Assembly: GCA_963827685.1 (NCBI GenBank) | Contig: CAWHBU010000002.1 | Span: 352,001 to 416,000 of the forward strand | Source: an uncultured delta proteobacterium | GTDB lineage: Bacteria; Desulfobacterota; BSN033; UBA1163 | Reading direction: 5' to 3' | DNA: 64,000 nt | Shown here: positions 61,345 through 64,000 of the stretch, in pieces | Layout of the letters: every line of letters begins with the position of its first letter | Numbering within the stretch: position 1 is the stretch's first letter | Translations under genes and position numbers: made by a program | Notes under the pieces: model-generated | The model's input: only the letters and a program-made list of their open reading frames with translations | The model's database searches: none | What the model was told of the DNA's origin: nothing

Positions 61345-61378
61345 TGTAGCGCCCTCATTGATTGAGGGCGGAGAGCTG

Positions 61379-62116
61379 ATGCGCAATATCAAACTTATCA
61401 TTGAATATGACGGAACGAATTATCAGGGATGGCAGATTCAACCCAAGGGTCCGACCATCCAGGGAATCCTCGAACAAAAATTAGGGCTTCTCACAGGCCA
61501 ACCCGTACAATTGTTCGGTTCTGGAAGAACAGATTCGGGGGTTCATGCATTCGGCCAGGTAGCTCACTTCAAGACGCAAAGCCAAATGGATATCCGTACG
61601 ATCCAGAGGGCGCTGAACAGTCTCCTCCCTCCTGACATTGTGATTCAAGAGGTAGAAGAGGTTGATGAAAGTTTTCATGCACGAAAGCATTCGAAAAGCA
61701 AAGTCTATGAGTACCGAATTCTCAACCGAAATCTTCGGTCAGCCTTTCATCGAGGATATGTGTGGTATATCCCTCAAAAATTAAATTTGATCGAGATGAA
61801 GAAAGCGACCCAAGGTTTGATTGGAGAACATGACTTCTCAGCTTTTCGCACAGTGGGCTCTCCAACTCGAACGGCTGTTCGGAGGGTGATCCGGGCGGAA
61901 TGGAAGAGGGGACGTGATGGCCTCATCCGTTTCGAGATCGAAGCCAGTGGTTTTTTGAAACAAATGGTGAGATCAATCGTCGGAACATTAGTCGAGATTG
62001 GAAAAGGCAGGATGAATGCCGCGGATCTTCGAAAGATCTTAAATTCCAAAGACCGAAGAGAGGCAGGCCCCACCGCCCCAGCTCAGGGGCTTTTTCTGAA
62101 AGAAGTGAAATACTAG
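61379..62116 (+). CDS. truA: tRNA pseudouridine(38-40) synthase
   Basis: EYDGTNYQGWQ, GSGRTDSGVHA, GEHDFSAF, MVRSIVG, TAPAQGL. Confidence 0.96.
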   Translation: MRNIKLIIEYDGTNYQGWQIQPKGPTIQGILEQKLGLLTGQPVQLFGSGRTDSGVHAFGQVAHFKTQSQMDIRTIQRALNSLLPPDIVIQEVEEVDESFHARKHSKSKVYEYRILNRNLRSAFHRGYVWYIPQKLNLIEMKKATQGLIGEHDFSAFRTVGSPTRTAVRRVIRAEWKRGRDGLIRFEIEASGFLKQMVRSIVGTLVEIGKGRMNAADLRKILNSKDRREAGPTAPAQGLFLKEVKY

Positions 62117-62181
62117 ATTTAGGCATTGAGGGATTGCGAATTGAGGAATTAATTAACCTCAATTCCTTAATTCCATAATCC

Positions 62182-63315
62182 CTAAATTTTGATTAATTCG
62201 TAATTCCGTGTTCCCATCCCGATTTCTTCGGCATAAGCAAGCTGAACGGTCCAGTCCACTTTTGGATAAATCGCTCGAAATTTATCTTCTCCAGGTTCCC
62301 AGGCTCCAGGGAGTTTGGAGGATCGGTTTCCTTCTTGCCCATTCACCAAATCAACCGAGGCTTGATCGATTGCAACCGGATCCTCAGAAGAAAGGATCCC
62401 AATATCATTGACAATCGGTATATCGGAATACCCATAACAGTCACAGGCGGGGGAGATTTGAGTGAGAAAGTTGAGGTATAGGGTCTTGCTCTTTTTCTTG
62501 TGGATAACTCCATAAGCATGCTCCACCATTTTCTTTTGGAAAATAGGGACGCTCTCGTTCCATTGGATTTGAATGGCCCCTGAAGAACAGGTGAGGATGC
62601 ATTCTCCACACCCAACGCATTTCTTAGGATCGATAAAGGCAATGCCCTGTTTGGTTTCGACTCCCGATTGAGGCGGCCGCATCGAAATCGCTTCCTGTGC
62701 ACACCAACTGAGACAGGTTTTACACCCTTTGCAGGCTTTCCCATTGACTCGGGGTGAGATATTTGAATGCTGACTCAACTTTCCTTCACGGCTGGCGCAC
62801 CCCATTCCCAGATTCTTCAAAGCTCCTCCAAACCCCGACAGTTCATGTCCCTTGAAATGGGTAACGGTGATCAGTCCATCCGCCATATAGATCTCTCGGG
62901 CGATGGAAACTGTTTTGAAAATAGGTTTGTCAATTCGAACTTTCACGGCACTATTGCCTCTCAAACCATCGGCAATCAGAATAGGGGCATTCACGACAGA
63001 CTCTGTGAACCCGTTTTCGAAAGCGGTGATTAGGTGGGAGACCGCTTCACTCCGAGTTCCAACGTAGAGGGTGTTGGCATCGGTTAAGAAAGGTTTCCCT
63101 TTATATTGTTTGACTCGATCGACCACCCTTCTTAAAAAGATGGGCCGAACATAAGCTGTATTTCCTTTCTCCCCAAAATGGAGTTTAATTGCCACCAGAT
63201 CCTTCTCCCTGATCTTTTCCTTCAAATCAGCGCGATCCAAAAGGATGTCCAATTTATTCAGGAGTGTTTTCCCGGATTCAACCTTCAGATCTGAAAAGAA
63301 GACAGAGCTCTTCAT
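62182..63315 (-). CDS. DUF362 protein with internal 2x[4Fe-4S]
   Basis: KLHFGE, HFKGH, GGALKNLGMGC, CKGCKTC...C, CVGCGEC...C, CDC, DPVAIDQA. Confidence 0.88.
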   Translation of the reverse strand: MKSSVFFSDLKVESGKTLLNKLDILLDRADLKEKIREKDLVAIKLHFGEKGNTAYVRPIFLRRVVDRVKQYKGKPFLTDANTLYVGTRSEAVSHLITAFENGFTESVVNAPILIADGLRGNSAVKVRIDKPIFKTVSIAREIYMADGLITVTHFKGHELSGFGGALKNLGMGCASREGKLSQHSNISPRVNGKACKGCKTCLSWCAQEAISMRPPQSGVETKQGIAFIDPKKCVGCGECILTCSSGAIQIQWNESVPIFQKKMVEHAYGVIHKKKSKTLYLNFLTQISPACDCYGYSDIPIVNDIGILSSEDPVAIDQASVDLVNGQEGNRSSKLPGAWEPGEDKFRAIYPKVDWTVQLAYAEEIGMGTRNYELIKI

Positions 63316-63336
63316 ATTGGAACCTCCTTGCCAAAC

Positions 63337-63365
63337 ATTCTAAGGAAATCCCTCTGCTGTGTCAA
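63337..63365 (-). promoter_or_regulatory. Sigma70-type promoter
   Basis: TTGACA-17 bp-TAGAAT, then GGAGG before ATG 63315. Confidence 0.7.
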
Positions 63366-63383
63366 TGATCGGAGGGGAGACGA

Positions 63384-63571
63384 CAGGCTGTTGAAAAACG
63401 CCCATCTGCAGCGTTATCCGGCCGCCTCACCGTCTCGGCGGCGTGGCAACAAGTCGCTCCTTATTCGTCGCGACACCACCCCTCATCCTTCGTCGTTGCG
63501 ACGTACATTCAAGTGCGTCTCACTCCTCATGATTTCGGGCGCCTTGCATCTGGGCATTTTTGATCAGCCTG
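63384..63571. mobile_element. MITE-like element
   Basis: 21-bp TIR caggctgttgaaaaacgccca / tgggcatttttgatcagcctg (18/21 match); homologous to 30529-30861. Confidence 0.8.
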
Positions 63572-63758
63572 CAAAAAACAAATTTTCCACCAGGCCGATA
63601 AGAGGTTGACCCATTCGTTGAAAGCGAACCCCGTTATTCATCTGAAGAAGTTGAAAGGAAGAAGTCGAAAAAGAGGGCGCAAGGGTTGACTTTTGATTGG
63701 GAAAAGAGGTAATTTATATTGTTCTTTTAGATGGGGTAAGTGACGGAAAGGAGAAGAG

Positions 63759-64000
63759 ATGAAACGAGCTGAACCGACCCAGATTCGTAACATAGGAACC
63801 TTTGGCCATGGCGGAGAAGGGAAGACTTCCTTGGTCGAGGCAATTCTTTTCGATACGGGGGAGAATACCCGCCTTGGCCGCGTCGATGATGGGTCCTCTT
63901 TAATGGATTTTGAACCGGAGGAGATCAACCGAAAGATCAGCATCAGTGCCTCTCTTTCTCATTTTGAGTGGAATAAGCATCAGTTTCATATCATTGACAC
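63759..64000 (+). CDS. fusA: Elongation factor G paralogue (EF-G2 type), 5' part
   Basis: MKRAEPTQIRNIGTFGHGGEGKTSLVEA...GRVDDG...MDFEPEEINRKISI...IIDT; runs off the window. Confidence 0.85.
   Translation, partial: MKRAEPTQIRNIGTFGHGGEGKTSLVEAILFDTGENTRLGRVDDGSSLMDFEPEEINRKISISASLSHFEWNKHQFHIID

Noticed and set aside
63328-63609. 93-aa ORF
   Set aside because: It overlaps the MITE and the divergent promoter.

Overview
Bacterial chromosome window; gene content suggests an anaerobic Desulfobacterota/deltaproteobacterium (inference). 1-30.5 kb is mostly a surface-glycan locus: GT2/GT4 enzymes, several SAM methyltransferases, YfhO- and ArnT-like GT-C enzymes, and WcaJ. It is interrupted by a minus-strand secreted papain/beta-propeller cluster, an inverted cassette (small membrane peptide, NoeA-like kinase-methyltransferase, Thr-type sulfatase-fold enzyme) and an IS1380 remnant. 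31-46.5 kb holds housekeeping genes (surE, miaB, fbp, class II fba, tkt, ald, cmk, rpsA), several pseudogenes and many nested miniature palindromic repeats. 46.5-49.8 kb is a fur-feoB-Cys-rich peptide-DtxR/FeoA operon with a perfect operator palindrome. 51-58.6 kb is an eight-gene respiratory cluster joining a tetraheme c/NrfC/NrfD module, an NfnB/DsrL-like flavo-FeS protein and a split b6-type Rieske/cytochrome b complex; this is the top candidate for a novel system. comB, two DUF362 genes, truA and the start of an EF-G paralogue end the window. No rRNA, tRNA or CRISPR array was seen. All family calls come from reading motifs, not from database searches.
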